A stretch of DNA of 64,000 nucleotides from an uncultured Actinomycetes bacterium (lineage in GTDB: Bacteria; Actinomycetota; Acidimicrobiia; Acidimicrobiales; JACDEA01). The notes under the pieces are model-generated. The model saw only the letters and a list, made by a program, of their open reading frames with translations. It ran no database searches and was not told the origin of the DNA. The stretch is taken from contig CAVUMI010000003.1 in assembly GCA_963742585.1 (NCBI GenBank), positions 84,345-148,344 on the forward strand. Reading direction: 5' to 3'. Positions 29,520 to 40,400 of the stretch are shown here, piece after piece. The translations under genes were made by a program, and so were the position numbers. Numbering within the stretch: the first letter of the stretch is position 1; each line of letters starts with the position of its first letter.

Positions 29520-29563
29520 ATGTCGGTGTCCGGTCTCGAAAAACGGTCACTGCGCACCGACAC
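29520..29563. repeat. palindromic repeat, GTGTCGGTG...CACCGACAC family, copy 3
   Basis: atgtcggtgtccggtctcgaaaaacggtcactgcgcaccgacac. Differs from copy 2 mainly in the central 6 nt. Lies just downstream of the S8 peptidase stop. Confidence 0.8.
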
Positions 29564-29579
29564 TTGCGGCGGAGCCTGC

Positions 29580-32500
29580 CTAGGTCCGGCGGCGGCGGGT
29601 GAGGGTTGCGACGACGAGGGCGGCGGCGGTGAGGGCGAGGCCGGCGGCGGGGCCGGGACCGGCCAAGCCGGTTGCCGGGAGACTGCCCGTGCCACCGACG
29701 TTGCTTGCGGCGACCGCGCCCGCCACGCAGCCCAGGCCAGTGCCAGCGTCGCGATCAGCCGCGGTGGCCGTCGCGTTCGTGGGGATCGATGCGGCGAACG
29801 GCCCGACGCCGGCCGCGGCCAGCGCAGGTCCCGGCGGCTTGACCGGATCGTCGGTGATCCTCCAGCCTTTGCCGCCGTTGATCGCGGTGCCGGTATCGCC
29901 TTGCGGTGTCACTGATCGCAGCGCGAACTGCCACCCATCACCGCGGCCGACACCCTTCACGGTGACGTGGTGTTCGGTCACGTACATCGGCGCGCCGACC
30001 TGCACCACGTCGGGCGCGCTGCCCTTACGCAACAACACCAACGAGTTGGCCGGCTGGCTGGTGCGCCAGTGCACGACCGCAGTGGTCGCGTCCACCCGTT
30101 CGGTGCGAACGTCGGAGATCAGCGGCGGCCCGCTCGCCGACTGACCCAACGGATCGCCGGTCGTGAACAGCACCAACCGCGGCCGGTATTCCAGGCCACT
30201 GGTGCGCCGCCCGAAGCCGGACTCCCACACGTAGAGAGAGTCGGTCAACGGGAAGCCGTCGACCGAGGTGCCCGGGTCGCCCCCCAGCTCGATGCGGAAT
30301 GCCGCCTCGCGATTGACCAGGTTGGCGCGCAGCTTCGTGAGATCGCTGCATGGAACGGTGAAAGCCTCGTTGACGTACGGCACGCTCCGGTACGCGGTCG
30401 GCGCCCCCACACGGATATCGGCCGGCGCGCTGAAGACGTCTTCGTACGACGTGCCCGGGCCCCACGTCGCCTCGGCGCTGTCAGCCAGGAGGACCACTTG
30501 GTGGGTGGGTGCACCAAGAACCCGGCTGGCGAGATCGTGTCGTGTGCTCAGCACGACGGCCGCACCGGTGATCCTCTCCAAAGCAACGCCCGCGGGAAGC
30601 CGGAATTTGAACGCGCTGCCCACGTTGATCGGTCCGCAGATCGGCAGCTCGAGGATGTCGCACAGCAACTGCGTGGTGGCGGGTACCGCGCCGACGTACA
30701 GCTGCCCGGAGTGGCCCCACACCGCGGTCTCGTCCGGGAACGGCTCCCCGGTCGTGGTGTCGGCGCTGAACAGCGTGGCGGTGTCGGCGGCGACTTGTGG
30801 AGCAAAGACGCCCGCCGGGGTCGTCACTGCAAGCGCGCCTTCCACGGGCGTCGCACCGCCGGTGGCGGTGAACGACACGCGGTAGCGCGCGCCCGGCGAC
30901 AAACCGGTGAACTTCACGATGTGCTCGGTGGCGCGTACCGGTTTGTTGAGGAACTGGCCGTCGTTCTCGACCTGGACCAGCGCGACGCCAGGGTAGGCCG
31001 ACGCCGGACGGCTGTAGACGTCGCTACGGGTGATCGCCGCGCCAGTGTCCGACGTGAGCGTGACCGACGCCGTGGTCGGAACGTTGGTGGAGAACCGCAC
31101 CACCGCGAGATCGGCGCTCGGCGCGCTGACCGACGCGCCGGTGATGGTTGCCGCCGGCGGTGCCGGTGCCGTTACGGCCGGCACCGCGGTGAAGCGGCCG
31201 GTGGCGGCCAGCGCGTAACCCTGCCGCCCGGTCAGCGGACGCTCCGAGAGCCCGATGGCGTTCTGGTCCTGCATGACGAGGTCGCCCTTGACGTGGATCG
31301 TGTACCGCCCCGGCGCCGGGTTGGGCAGGTACACACCGTGCACGTTGTTGAGCCGGTCGCCCAACAGCGGGTTGCACACGCCGGGGAGTGATGTAGCGAC
31401 GTCGGCCGAGGGCGTGGCCATCGTGTTGATGCGGTTGCCGCAATAGGACGTGCCGCCCGGCCCGTCGACCTGCAATGCGAGCTGGTTGACGACGACCTCG
31501 TCGGTGCCGATCCCGAGGAAGCTGGACAAGCCGCCGGGGTCACTCCACGCCAGGATGACCTTGAGCGGTTGGCCGGGGCCGACGTCGACGGTGTAGGTGA
31601 CGTCGTCGCCGGTGGCCACGCCGGCGCCGGTGTCACCCGCGCAGTGGCGGGGCGGCGGGCAGAACGGCACGTCGGCCACCCAGAGATTGGGCGACCCGGC
31701 GACGTCGTCGAAGTGCAGCGCGCGGTCGAGTTGCACCCGACCCCAACCTTGGCCGGCGGAGGGCCACTGGCCATCGAGCTCGCGGTTGGTGCCCACCGCA
31801 CCGGTGTACTTACCGCGCATCCGCTGACCGGAGTTGACGATCACCGCCTTGACCAGCGCGGCCGACGGGTTGAACCCACCGGTCGTGGCACGCCGACCCG
31901 ATGCGAAACCCACGACTGTCCCTGGTGGGCCGCCGGGGCCGAACCCGTCCTCGAAGTACTGCCGCACGAGGACCGCGTTGCCCGACAGAACCGGCGCCGA
32001 CATCGAAGTCCCCTGCAGGACGTGCGTCTCAGTGTTCGTTCCGCCCTTGGGCGACACGATCCGCAGGCCGGGATCGACGACGTCGGGCTTGATGCGGGCC
32101 AGGTTCGGAAGCTGACCGTCGACCAGCGCGGCACCGTGGCTCGAGAAGTTGGCGAGGCTGTCGAGCGACACGAAGTCGCTGGCCCCGTTGGCCATCGCTC
32201 CGGAGGTGATCGCGTCCTTGGCCACGCCCGGCTCGCCGATCGTGGCCATGTCGGGCCCCGCGTTCCCCGCCGAGACCACGACGGTCATGTCCTCGTTGTT
32301 GGTGACGAAGTCGTCGAGCCGGGGCGCCTCGCCGAGACTGACGATCGGGACCGCGCTGCCGATCGAGGCCGAGTGGACGCGAGCGCCGGTGCCCCGCACA
32401 TACGGCCCGACGGTGTCCTCCGGCGTGGCCGCGCCGCTCGAGCCTCGGGTGCCGCTGGGCAGTCGTGCCGGCTCGTAGGCCTGGGACAACAGCTCGAAGT

Positions 32501-33639
32501 AGTCGGCCGGCAGGCCGGCCAGTGACTCCTCGTCGCCGCCGACGTCCTGGAAGACGACCTTGGCGCGCGGCGCCATCCCGTCGTCGCCGTTGGCGACGCC
32601 GTAGGGCGGGTGGTCGCCCAGCAGGCTGCCCGACACGTGGCTGCCGTGGGTGCTGCCACCACTGTCGCCGGCCACCGCCTCGCACTCGGCCACCAGATTG
32701 AAATAGGCGAGCACCTTGCGGTGGCCGGTGCGCGGGCGCACGGTACGCGCCGGCCTGCATGTCGCCACTGCCGCTGCAGCCGGTGTCGCCCGGTGAGGTG
32801 TTCGGGGCTTGGTAGGTGTTGTCGGCCACCTTGCAGCTGGCGGCGGTCGGCTGGGCCGGGTTGGTGCAGTCGGAGAAGAACCAGCTGGCCGTCCCGTTGC
32901 GATCGAGCGCGTAGGCCATGCCGGTGTCGACGATGCCGGCCACTTCGCCGTCGCCGAGCAGCCCGTGGTCGGTCAGCGGGGTCGAGGCCCGCACCGCGGA
33001 CTGCGTCACCCAACGGGCGTTGGCGTTCAGCGGGCGGATGACGGAGCGCACGGCGACCGCCCCGACGGTCGGGTCGCCGACGAGCGCGGCCAGTGCGGCC
33101 GGCGTGGTGACGCGCGCGGTCCGGATGCGGGGGACGCCCGGTCGGTCGGGCATGGCGGCGATGGTCAGCTCGGTGCCGCGCGACGCGGTCTCGACGCCCT
33201 TGACCACCTTGGCCCACGCCGGGAAGGGGACCACCGCCCGCACCGACTTCAGCGCGCGGGCGGCGGTGGCGGCCCCAGCGCTGCCCCGCATCAGATAGGT
33301 CGCGTCGGGGACGACGGCCAGCGGGCGCAACGCGACTCGACCGAGCGCGACTTGCCCGGCCCGGCTGACGGGGACGTGCAGTTGCACCAACCACAGCTGG
33401 TCACTCGAGGTCGCCGAGGCGACCGTCTTCAGCCGCCGAGCCAGGTCGGTAAGCGGGCGCGGCGTCGCCGGCGCGCCCTTGGCCGGATCGAAGCTGACTC
33501 GGGCCAGGCGCACCCGGCTACCCCAGCCTTCACGTGGCGCCTCCGCGGCCGCCCGGACCGGCGTCGGGAACGGGAGCAGCCCGGCGAGTACGACTGCGGC
33601 CGCAACGGCCTCCCAGGTCCGGCGCGGGGCGTGGCCCAC
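29580..33639 (-). pseudogene. cell-wall-anchored (LPXTG) S8 subtilisin-like serine peptidase of ~1350 aa, one frame break
   Basis: Signal peptide at 33639. Catalytic triad: D in GIVDTGMAY, H in GGSTHGSHVSGS, S in GTSMSAPV. The frame breaks near 32740 (..GCSGSGDMQAG | RTVRPRTGHRKVLAYFNL..). C-terminal LPATG plus hydrophobic stretch plus RRRRT at about 29583-29681. Confidence 0.8.
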
Positions 33640-33696
33640 GGCATCGGCTTAGCAGACCACCCAGGAGTCGTCGCCCTCGGTGGCGAATACGGACAA

Positions 33697-34556
33697 ATGC
33701 TTCTTGCACAGATCGTGGCGATCATCGCCTCGGCTGCTCGGGTTAGTCCTCGGAACGCCCCCGCCCCATACGGTCACCCCCAACTACGTGGCCCTGGGCG
33801 ACTCCTACACGTCGGGGCCGCTGATCCCGTCCTACGAACCGGTGTACGGGTGTCTGCGCTCGACCAACAACTATCCGCACTTGCTGGCGCCGAAGTTGGG
33901 GTTGCCCTTGCGCGATGCGAGCTGCGCCGGGCGCGGAGTCCGAGGACATGACTGCGCCGCAAGGCGTGACGCCCGGACCCAACCCGCCGCAGTACGACCG
34001 CCTCGACGCCGGCACCCAGATCGTCACCTTCCAGATGGGTGGCAACGACATCGGCTTCTCCGGCATCGCCGAGTCGTGCTTCGCGCCGGCCCCGCAGGGC
34101 ACGCCGTGCCAGGACGAATACGTGGTCAACGGTCAAGACGAGATCACCCAGCGGATCGCGGCGGCGGCGCCGCACGTGTCGGCCGCGGTCGCCGGCATCG
34201 CGACGCGGGCGCCGAACGCGCGCGTGTTCGTCGTCGGGTATCCGTCAATCGTTCCGGTGGTCGACGATGTGCTCGCGGTGTGCTGGCCGCAGCTCCCGGT
34301 GTCGCCGGCCGACATTCCTTGGCTGCGGGCCAAGACCCAGGAGCTCAATGCGATGGTCGCGTCAGCCGCCGCGGCCAACGGCGCGACGTACGTCGACCTC
34401 TACGCCGCCAGCGTCGGCCATGACTCGTGTCGCGCGCCGGGCATCCGGTGGGTCGAGCCCGCAGTATTCGTCGGTCCCGCCGCCCCGGTGCATCCCAACC
34501 TCGTCGGCATGCTCGCCATGACCGACGTGATCAACGCCGCCATCGCGGCCAACTAG
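33697..34556 (+). pseudogene. secreted SGNH/GDSL lipase-esterase, two frame breaks at homopolymers
   Basis: Signal MLLAQIVAIIASAARV (ATG at 33697). Break in the C-runs 33758-33767 leads into YVALGDSYTSGP (block I). Break at GGG 33929-33931 leads into QMGGNDIGF..VFVVGYP..GHDSC..VHPN. Confidence 0.8.
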
Positions 34557-35482
34557 TCCCCAGCCAGCTCGCGCACGATCTCGGCCGCGGGCTGCTGACG
34601 CCGCACCGCGCCCACCGACTCGCCTGCGTACAGGGCCATGGCATCGACGGTCCCCGTGGCCGACCGATCGGGGCACGGAACCGCGAACCGGGGCAGCGGC
34701 ATCGTCATGTCGCCGAAGGCCATCTCGCCGACGATGGCATCGGGGGCCAATGCATCGGCCGCCTCGACACACGAGCGCAGAACGCGGTGCGGCGCATCGG
34801 GCCACATCAGCGAGAACGCGGTTGTGAGCACGGTGTCCTCTGGCTCCGCTTCGATCAACCGCTCGAGGTAGCGCGGGTGCACGTCGGCTTCGGTGGCGGC
34901 GAGGAACCGGGTCCCGACGCGTGCCGCGCCCGCGCCGGCGGCGAGGACCGCAGCGACCGCGCGCCGGGTTCCGATGCCCCCGGCGGCGACCACGGGAACG
35001 TCGACCGCTTCGAGCACTGCGTCGAGCAGGGGCAACAGACCAGTCGTGCCGCGGACGTGACCACCCGCCTCGACGCCTTGCGCGATGACGAAGTCGCAAC
35101 CGGCATCGACGGCTTGGCGCGCTTCGTCCACCGAGCCCACCTGCCAGGCCGCCAGCGCCCCGCCGCCGTGCACCATGGCGACGAGCGACGGGTCGGGTGG
35201 CGCGTAGAAGAACTCGACGACCCGCACCTTGTCGGCCGCAGCTTCGACCGCGTCCCGATCGAGAAACGGCATCAGGAAGTTGATACCGAACGCCCCGGTG
35301 GTGGCCGACTTCAGCGCAACCAGAGCCTCGGCGATCAGCGGCGCGGGGAGGGGCAGCGCCACCATCCCGAGCGCGCCGGCATCGGCCACCGCCGCGGCCA
35401 ACTCGGCCTTGGCCACGCCGCCCATGCCGGCCTGCTGAATCGGCACCGCACACCCAACGAGATCGGTAAACGCCGTTCGCAC
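34553..35482 (-). CDS. nitronate monooxygenase (NMO/FabK-like FMN oxidoreductase)
   Basis: PIQQAGMGGVA..GALGMV..VIAQGVEAGGHVRG..VPVVAAGGIGT. Confidence 0.85.
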   Translation of the reverse strand: MRTAFTDLVGCAVPIQQAGMGGVAKAELAAAVADAGALGMVALPLPAPLIAEALVALKSATTGAFGINFLMPFLDRDAVEAAADKVRVVEFFYAPPDPSLVAMVHGGGALAAWQVGSVDEARQAVDAGCDFVIAQGVEAGGHVRGTTGLLPLLDAVLEAVDVPVVAAGGIGTRRAVAAVLAAGAGAARVGTRFLAATEADVHPRYLERLIEAEPEDTVLTTAFSLMWPDAPHRVLRSCVEAADALAPDAIVGEMAFGDMTMPLPRFAVPCPDRSATGTVDAMALYAGESVGAVRRQQPAAEIVRELAGD

Positions 35483-35490
35483 CGCTCACC

Positions 35491-35679
35491 TTGTTAACTG
35501 ATGGCGTGCTGGAAATGCGAACGGAATGTGAGAAGTGCGCCAACCCGCTGCCGCTGGATGCCGACGCCCGGATATGCAGCTTCGAGTGCACCTTCTGCCC
35601 GACCTGCGGCGCGGGCATGGACAACGTTTGCCCCAACTGCGGCGGCGAACTCGTCGCCCGGCCCAAACGCGCCGGCTAG
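35491..35679 (+). CDS. DUF1272 zinc-ribbon protein
   Basis: CEKCANPLPLDADARICSFECTFCPTCGAGMDNVCPNCGGELVARP matches the DUF1272 pattern as I remember it. Confidence 0.75.
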   Translation: MLTDGVLEMRTECEKCANPLPLDADARICSFECTFCPTCGAGMDNVCPNCGGELVARPKRAG

Positions 35680-35692
35680 TGAGCGGGAGTGC

Positions 35693-35744
35693 TGTTCACC
35701 GTGCGATTCTCACGCGCTATTCGCGGAGAATCGCCCGGTGAACG
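35693..35744. repeat. second copy of the palindromic element seen at 23412-23465
   Basis: ctgttcaccgTgcgattctcAc..attcgcggagaatcgcccggtgaac. Lies between convergent gene ends at 35679 and 35754. Confidence 0.8.
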
Positions 35745-35753
35745 CAACTAGGG

Positions 35754-36965
35754 CTACTTCGCGGCGGCGGCCATTATTCGGCCGATGTTGTCGGGGTTGA
35801 AGAACTCGGGGATGGGGAGCGTGCCGGCTTGGACGCTGATGAAGTCGTCCATGGCCTCTTGGTTGCCGTAGACCGCGCCGAGCAATTGCTGCGTCTCGGG
35901 CGGCGGTGGCTTGTCGACCTGGGCGAAGTCGAACGTCATCTCGTACATCGGCATCACGGACTCGTCCCGCGCCTGCTGATACCGCGCCATCACATCGTCG
36001 TACATGCTCCGGCCGCTGAACGATTCGTCGAGGGCATCGGCGAGCCGCTCGGCGTCGAGGAACGCGTCGGTGATTCCCTGGGCGGTGATCGGATGCAGGT
36101 GATAGCCGGCGTCGCCCACGAGCGCCCAGCCGGGTCCGTACGGCTTGCGGAAGTAGCCGGCGAGACCCGACGCGGTATGGAAGCGATCTTCACGCTTTCC
36201 CGCGCGCACGCGTTCGCCCAGCGGCGCCTGGTCGACAATCTTGAGGAACGCGCCCTCGATGTCTTTCTTGGCGGCCTTGAACCCAGTCTCCGGCATTCCG
36301 GCGATGACCAGCGTCAGGTCGTCGTGAGTGGGAAAGGCGGCCATGCCGCAGTTCTCTCGGATGTGCACCTCGAAGCCTGAGCTACCCACGCCGCTGTAGT
36401 ACGAGTAGAACGACGGGCAGACGGCGGGCTTCTCGTTGTACTGCTCGGGCTTGACCGCCTTGGCCACAACGGAGTTGCGGCCGTCGGCGCCGATGACGAC
36501 TTTGGCTCGCTCGGTCACCGCGCTGCCGCCGGCGTCCTTGCCCCGGATCCCGACGACGACGCCGTCCTCGACGAGGACTTCGTCGACCGAAAATCCCTCC
36601 CGCACCTCGGCACCGGCCTCGGCTGCAGCGTGGACGAGCATCGTGTCGAGCACCAGCCGGCGCGGGCAGTACGCCTCGTCGACCCCATCGCTGGGGCGGG
36701 GCGAGCCGGCGATCGTGAAGGGTCCGAAGTCGAAGGCGTACGTCTTGACCTGCGGACAGCCAGACGTGGCCAGCGCGTCGCGCAGCCCCCAGCGTTTCAG
36801 CGCGGCCATGCCGGGGGCATGGACGAAGTGGGTCGAAACGGTGTCGCTGGGGAACGTGGCTCGGTCCACCAGCAGGACGCGGTAGCCCTTCTTGGCGAGG
36901 AGCATGGCGGTAGGCGACCCGCCGCAGCGGGCGCCGACGACGATGGCGTCATAGTTGGTGGACAT
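35754..36965 (-). CDS. FAD-dependent oxidoreductase/monooxygenase
   Basis: YDAIVVGARCGGSPTAMLLAKKGYRVLLVD dinucleotide fold, GADG, and GDAGYHLHPITAQGI. Confidence 0.8.
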   Translation of the reverse strand: MSTNYDAIVVGARCGGSPTAMLLAKKGYRVLLVDRATFPSDTVSTHFVHAPGMAALKRWGLRDALATSGCPQVKTYAFDFGPFTIAGSPRPSDGVDEAYCPRRLVLDTMLVHAAAEAGAEVREGFSVDEVLVEDGVVVGIRGKDAGGSAVTERAKVVIGADGRNSVVAKAVKPEQYNEKPAVCPSFYSYYSGVGSSGFEVHIRENCGMAAFPTHDDLTLVIAGMPETGFKAAKKDIEGAFLKIVDQAPLGERVRAGKREDRFHTASGLAGYFRKPYGPGWALVGDAGYHLHPITAQGITDAFLDAERLADALDESFSGRSMYDDVMARYQQARDESVMPMYEMTFDFAQVDKPPPPETQQLLGAVYGNQEAMDDFISVQAGTLPIPEFFNPDNIGRIMAAAAK

Positions 36966-37042
36966 GCTGTTCAGTCCTTCCGGAGCAGCGGCCGTTACGG
37001 CCTGCTCAAGCGAACCACCCTACGCCTGGCGGGGCAGGCCCG

Positions 37043-37468
37043 TTACGCCTCCAGGGCGAAGTGCTGCACCTCGACCATCATCGGCAGCAGGAAGCCGGTG
37101 TAGAAGCTGGTGAGCTTGACCGGGCCGAAATCTTCGACCGTCTTGTCGATCACTGTCACCCGCGGGTCGTTAGCGGCGCGGGCCTTGGCCCGGTCGAGCA
37201 CGGCGTCGAGGTCCTCGACCTTGTCGACCGCCATACCGAAGTGGTCACGCTTCCCGACGCGCGCCGGCTCGTCACCGCCGACGAGGAACACGAATTGATC
37301 GAACCGGTGCGCTTGCAGGACCAGCACTCGGCCGGGCTCGGTCATCTGCGTGACCTCGGTCCACCCGAACACGTCGCCGTAGAAGTCGATGACTTCGCCG
37401 CGGCCGTCACCGTCGAGCAACTCGGGCGACACCGTCAGCGCGATGTGGTTGAACCGGGGCTTACCCAT
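37043..37468 (-). CDS. VOC/glyoxalase family protein
   Basis: Internal start MGKPRFNHIALTV at 37468. DHFGMAV. Confidence 0.65.
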   Translation of the reverse strand: MGKPRFNHIALTVSPELLDGDGRGEVIDFYGDVFGWTEVTQMTEPGRVLVLQAHRFDQFVFLVGGDEPARVGKRDHFGMAVDKVEDLDAVLDRAKARAANDPRVTVIDKTVEDFGPVKLTSFYTGFLLPMMVEVQHFALEA

Positions 37469-37478
37469 GGGCCGAAGG

Positions 37479-38141
37479 CTACGTGCGGCGGCGTCCTCGG
37501 CGGGGAGTGTCGACCGCATCGAGCACCCGACGGTCGACCGCGGTAAATACCGCCCCGGTCATGTCGGTGACGAGGTCGATGAGCGCGTCGCGATCCCAGC
37601 TTCCGTTGGCCAGCGCCCCCCGGGCGGCGGCTTCGCCGAGCGCGAAGAACAGCCATGCCAGGACGTCGGGCAACTGCTCGGTCGGGTAGTCGATCTGAGC
37701 GAACTCTTGCCGCATGCGATCGGAAAGCGCGCTGACCACGGAGGTACGCGCCATGCGCCGGCGCCCGACCCCGGCAGCTTCGTCCCGTGAGCGGCTCAAG
37801 AGCGCGAACGCGTCGGGGTTGGCGACGGCGAAGTCGAAGACCGCGGCGTAGCGCTGGCGGATCCGGGCGCGGGGCGTGGCCGCCGGCGCCTCGTAGGTCG
37901 CGACCAACGCCGCAGTGAAGCGGCCCAGCTCCTCGGCTAGGACTACGTCGTAGAGCTTCTGCTTGGACGGGTACAGCTCATAGAGCGCGGGACGGCTGAT
38001 CGCGGCGCGTTCAGCCACCGCCGCCATCGACGCGCCGGCCAGCCCGTCGCGGCCGAACACCTCGACCGCTGCCGTCCGTATCGCGGCGGCGGTGACGTCT
38101 GCTGGCTGCTGTCGGGGCCGGCCCCGCGCCGCCGGGGTCAC
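37479..38141 (-). CDS. TetR family transcriptional regulator
   Basis: AAIRTAAVEVFGRDGLAGASMAAVAERAAISRPALYELYPSKQKLY. The GTG at 38139-38141 overlaps the esterase TGA (GTGA). An alternative GTG lies at 38162. Confidence 0.8.
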   Translation of the reverse strand: MTPAARGRPRQQPADVTAAAIRTAAVEVFGRDGLAGASMAAVAERAAISRPALYELYPSKQKLYDVVLAEELGRFTAALVATYEAPAATPRARIRQRYAAVFDFAVANPDAFALLSRSRDEAAGVGRRRMARTSVVSALSDRMRQEFAQIDYPTEQLPDVLAWLFFALGEAAARGALANGSWDRDALIDLVTDMTGAVFTAVDRRVLDAVDTPRRGRRRT

Positions 38142-39048
38142 GGACTGGCCAGGAAATCCCACACCTGCTGGGTGAGGGTGGGGATGCAGCCCGTGTCATT
38201 GGCTTGGCACGGCGCCGGCGGCCACAGGTGTGACTGACCGGCGATCGGTCGCCATGCCACCGTTGTACCGCTGGCGCAGCCGGTGTACGTGACGGGGTTA
38301 GTCGTGTACTGACCGGGCGGGGCCGGCGCGCCGGGCACGCGTCGCGGGCGGCCGAGGCCCACTTGATCATCGCCGCGTAGCCGTTCTCGGGCGCGACAAC
38401 ACCATCGCTGGTGCCGTGGAACGACGCCCAACGCACGTCGCGGGCTGCCGCGCACGTCGAGTTGGCGTTCTGGGTGACGTCGCCACCGGCGAACGCGGCG
38501 GCCGACTTCACGTTGATGCCGCGGTCGACGAGGCTCACGCCCGCGGCGTCGTCACACGCGATGCGGTTGGACATGTAGGCGCCTTCAGAGTGGCCTTCAA
38601 CGTAAACCTTGGCCGCATCCGCACAGCCAGCGTCGACGAGCGCCTTGGCCACTGCGTAGATGAACTTGCTGTCGTTTCCGCCGGCGGCCGACCAGTTCCA
38701 CAGCGTCGACGTGCCGTTAGGGAACGCGACGATCGCCTGCTGCTGCGCGCCCACCGCGGCGAAGTGCGTCTGGTTGGCGTGCTGGGTGCCGTTGGTGAAC
38801 AGCGCGTGCAGCGCCAGGAGCGTCGGCCGCGGAGTAGTGATGCCGGTCGGGACGTAGAGAAGGTACGAGCGACTGCGGCCGCCGATGGTGAGGTTGTACG
38901 TGGCGAAGGTGGCCGGATCGGTCGACGGCGACGCCGGGAAGGTGGTGTAACAAGACGCCGCCCGCGCCGCGGGCGCACCGACAGAGCCGCCGATCAGCAG
39001 CCACCCGGGGAGGACGAAGGCCAGTGCAATCAGTCGGAGTCGTCGCAT
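38138..39048 (-). pseudogene. secreted esterase (LpqC/PHB-depolymerase-like), one frame break
   Basis: Signal peptide MRRLRLIALAFVLPG. SYLLYVPTG..LLALHA..VYVEGHSEGAYMSNRIAC. The frame breaks near 38340 (..IKWASAARDA | PGAPAPPGQYTTNPVTYTGC..VWDFLASP). Confidence 0.7.
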
Positions 39049-39080
39049 GCGGGTGATTTTCCGACATCAGTGTCAGAAAA

Positions 39081-39968
39081 TCAAGAAAAACCTCTGACCC
39101 GCACGCCCTGCCGCGACAGCCGCAGCGGAAGCGCCTGGCCGACGGGAATCGTGGGTCGGGTCTCGCCGCAGATGATCGTGACCGATCCGCCGCGGCCACC
39201 GGCGCCGTTGACCTTCCAGCCCAGCGCGCCCGATGCCGACGCGGCATCGATCACCAGCTGGGCGTCCTCGCTCACCAGCGCAGGGTGAAGGGCGCGCTGC
39301 GCGTCGGTGTTGGCGACCAGGGCGGCGCCGTAAGCCCGGAGGTCACCGGCGACCAGCGCCCCCGCCGCGTCGCGCGCGCACCTGCGCAACGCATCGAGTG
39401 GGGCGGGGTCGGCCGTGAGGTTGGCGATCACCTCGTCGTGCACGGCCGAGGACGAATGCGCTCCGAGGAACACGGTGACCAGGCGCTGGTCGAGCTCGCG
39501 CCACGCGGCGGCCGGGACCTTCAGCGCGCGGCGAGTTACTCGCGGGAACTCGATGTCCAAGAGCGACGCACCGCCCTGCGCGGCGGCGACCTGGTCCTGC
39601 ACGCCACTCTGGAGTCCGAGACGTTCGGTCTCGACGCGGTGCGCCCTTGCCGCGAGCTCGCGCCGTGGCACACCGAGCGCGGCGAGGAGGGCGACGGCGA
39701 CGGCGGCCGAGGTTCCTAGTGATGACCCAGCCGGCGCGTCGGCGCGGATCTCGATGTGGACGTCGGCCGCGCCCGCTTCGGCGGCGGTGGCCTCGACCAA
39801 CGGCGTCGGTGGGTCGGCGAAGGTCACGCCCCGGCCCGGTGTGACGACCACCCGCACACCCGGCCGCACCGCCAAGTTGCACACCGCGCCGTGTCCGGCA
39901 AACCAGGTATCAGTCCACCCGCCGGCGTCGCAGATGCGGACGGGGGCGGTAACGAGAAGACGGGTCAG
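39081..39968 (-). CDS. GHMP-family sugar kinase, no canonical start codon for the conserved N-terminus
   Basis: DAPAGSSLGTSAAVAVALLAAL (GHMP motif II), GWKVNGAGGRGGSV (motif III). The conserved N-terminus LTRLLVTAPVRICDAGGWTDTW lies upstream of the first GTG (39884). Only the CTG at 39966-39968 is available, and it overlaps the upstream TGA. Confidence 0.7.
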   Translation of the reverse strand: MTRLLVTAPVRICDAGGWTDTWFAGHGAVCNLAVRPGVRVVVTPGRGVTFADPPTPLVEATAAEAGAADVHIEIRADAPAGSSLGTSAAVAVALLAALGVPRRELAARAHRVETERLGLQSGVQDQVAAAQGGASLLDIEFPRVTRRALKVPAAAWRELDQRLVTVFLGAHSSSAVHDEVIANLTADPAPLDALRRCARDAAGALVAGDLRAYGAALVANTDAQRALHPALVSEDAQLVIDAASASGALGWKVNGAGGRGGSVTIICGETRPTIPVGQALPLRLSRQGVRVRGFS

Positions 39969-40390
39969 CCGGGCCAGCGTTCGACAGGAGCCGACGCTTC
40001 CGGGACGACCACGCAGGCGGCGAGCTTGTCGTGCCAGGTCTGCCGCTCCGGATCCCAGAGCATCCAGAAATATCCGAGCGCGAGCGGCAGCGCGGAGAGG
40101 AACCGGGCCACGTACCGGACCCCGGCGCGGCCGTAGCCGATCGATCCGCCGTTCTCAATGTCGACGACGCGGATCTGCATGACCTTCTTGCCGAGGGTCT
40201 GCCCCGACGGGCTGCCTTCGAGGTAGATGTAATAGCCCAGGCCGATCAGGATGCTGAGCAGGGACCCGAAGAACCCTCGCAGAAAGACTGACAAGACGCC
40301 CAGCAACACGCCGTCGATGAGTGCGCCGACGAGCCGTTGCCCGAAGGACGCCCGATCTGAGGTGGGTGTGGTGAACATCGGTTCTCCCAT
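39965..40390 (-). CDS. RDD family membrane protein
   Basis: RLVGALIDGVLLGVL..GQTLGKKVMQIRVV..YFWMLWDPERQTWHDKLAACVVV. Confidence 0.8.
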   Translation of the reverse strand: MGEPMFTTPTSDRASFGQRLVGALIDGVLLGVLSVFLRGFFGSLLSILIGLGYYIYLEGSPSGQTLGKKVMQIRVVDIENGGSIGYGRAGVRYVARFLSALPLALGYFWMLWDPERQTWHDKLAACVVVPEASAPVERWPG

Positions 40391-40400
40391 GGCGCGGAGG

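Noticed and set aside
39055-39082. Hairpin gattttccgaca-tcag-tgtcagaaaatc at the GHMP kinase stop
   Set aside because: It has one mismatch, its T-tract lies on the wrong side for a minus-strand intrinsic terminator, and it is not related to the repeat families.
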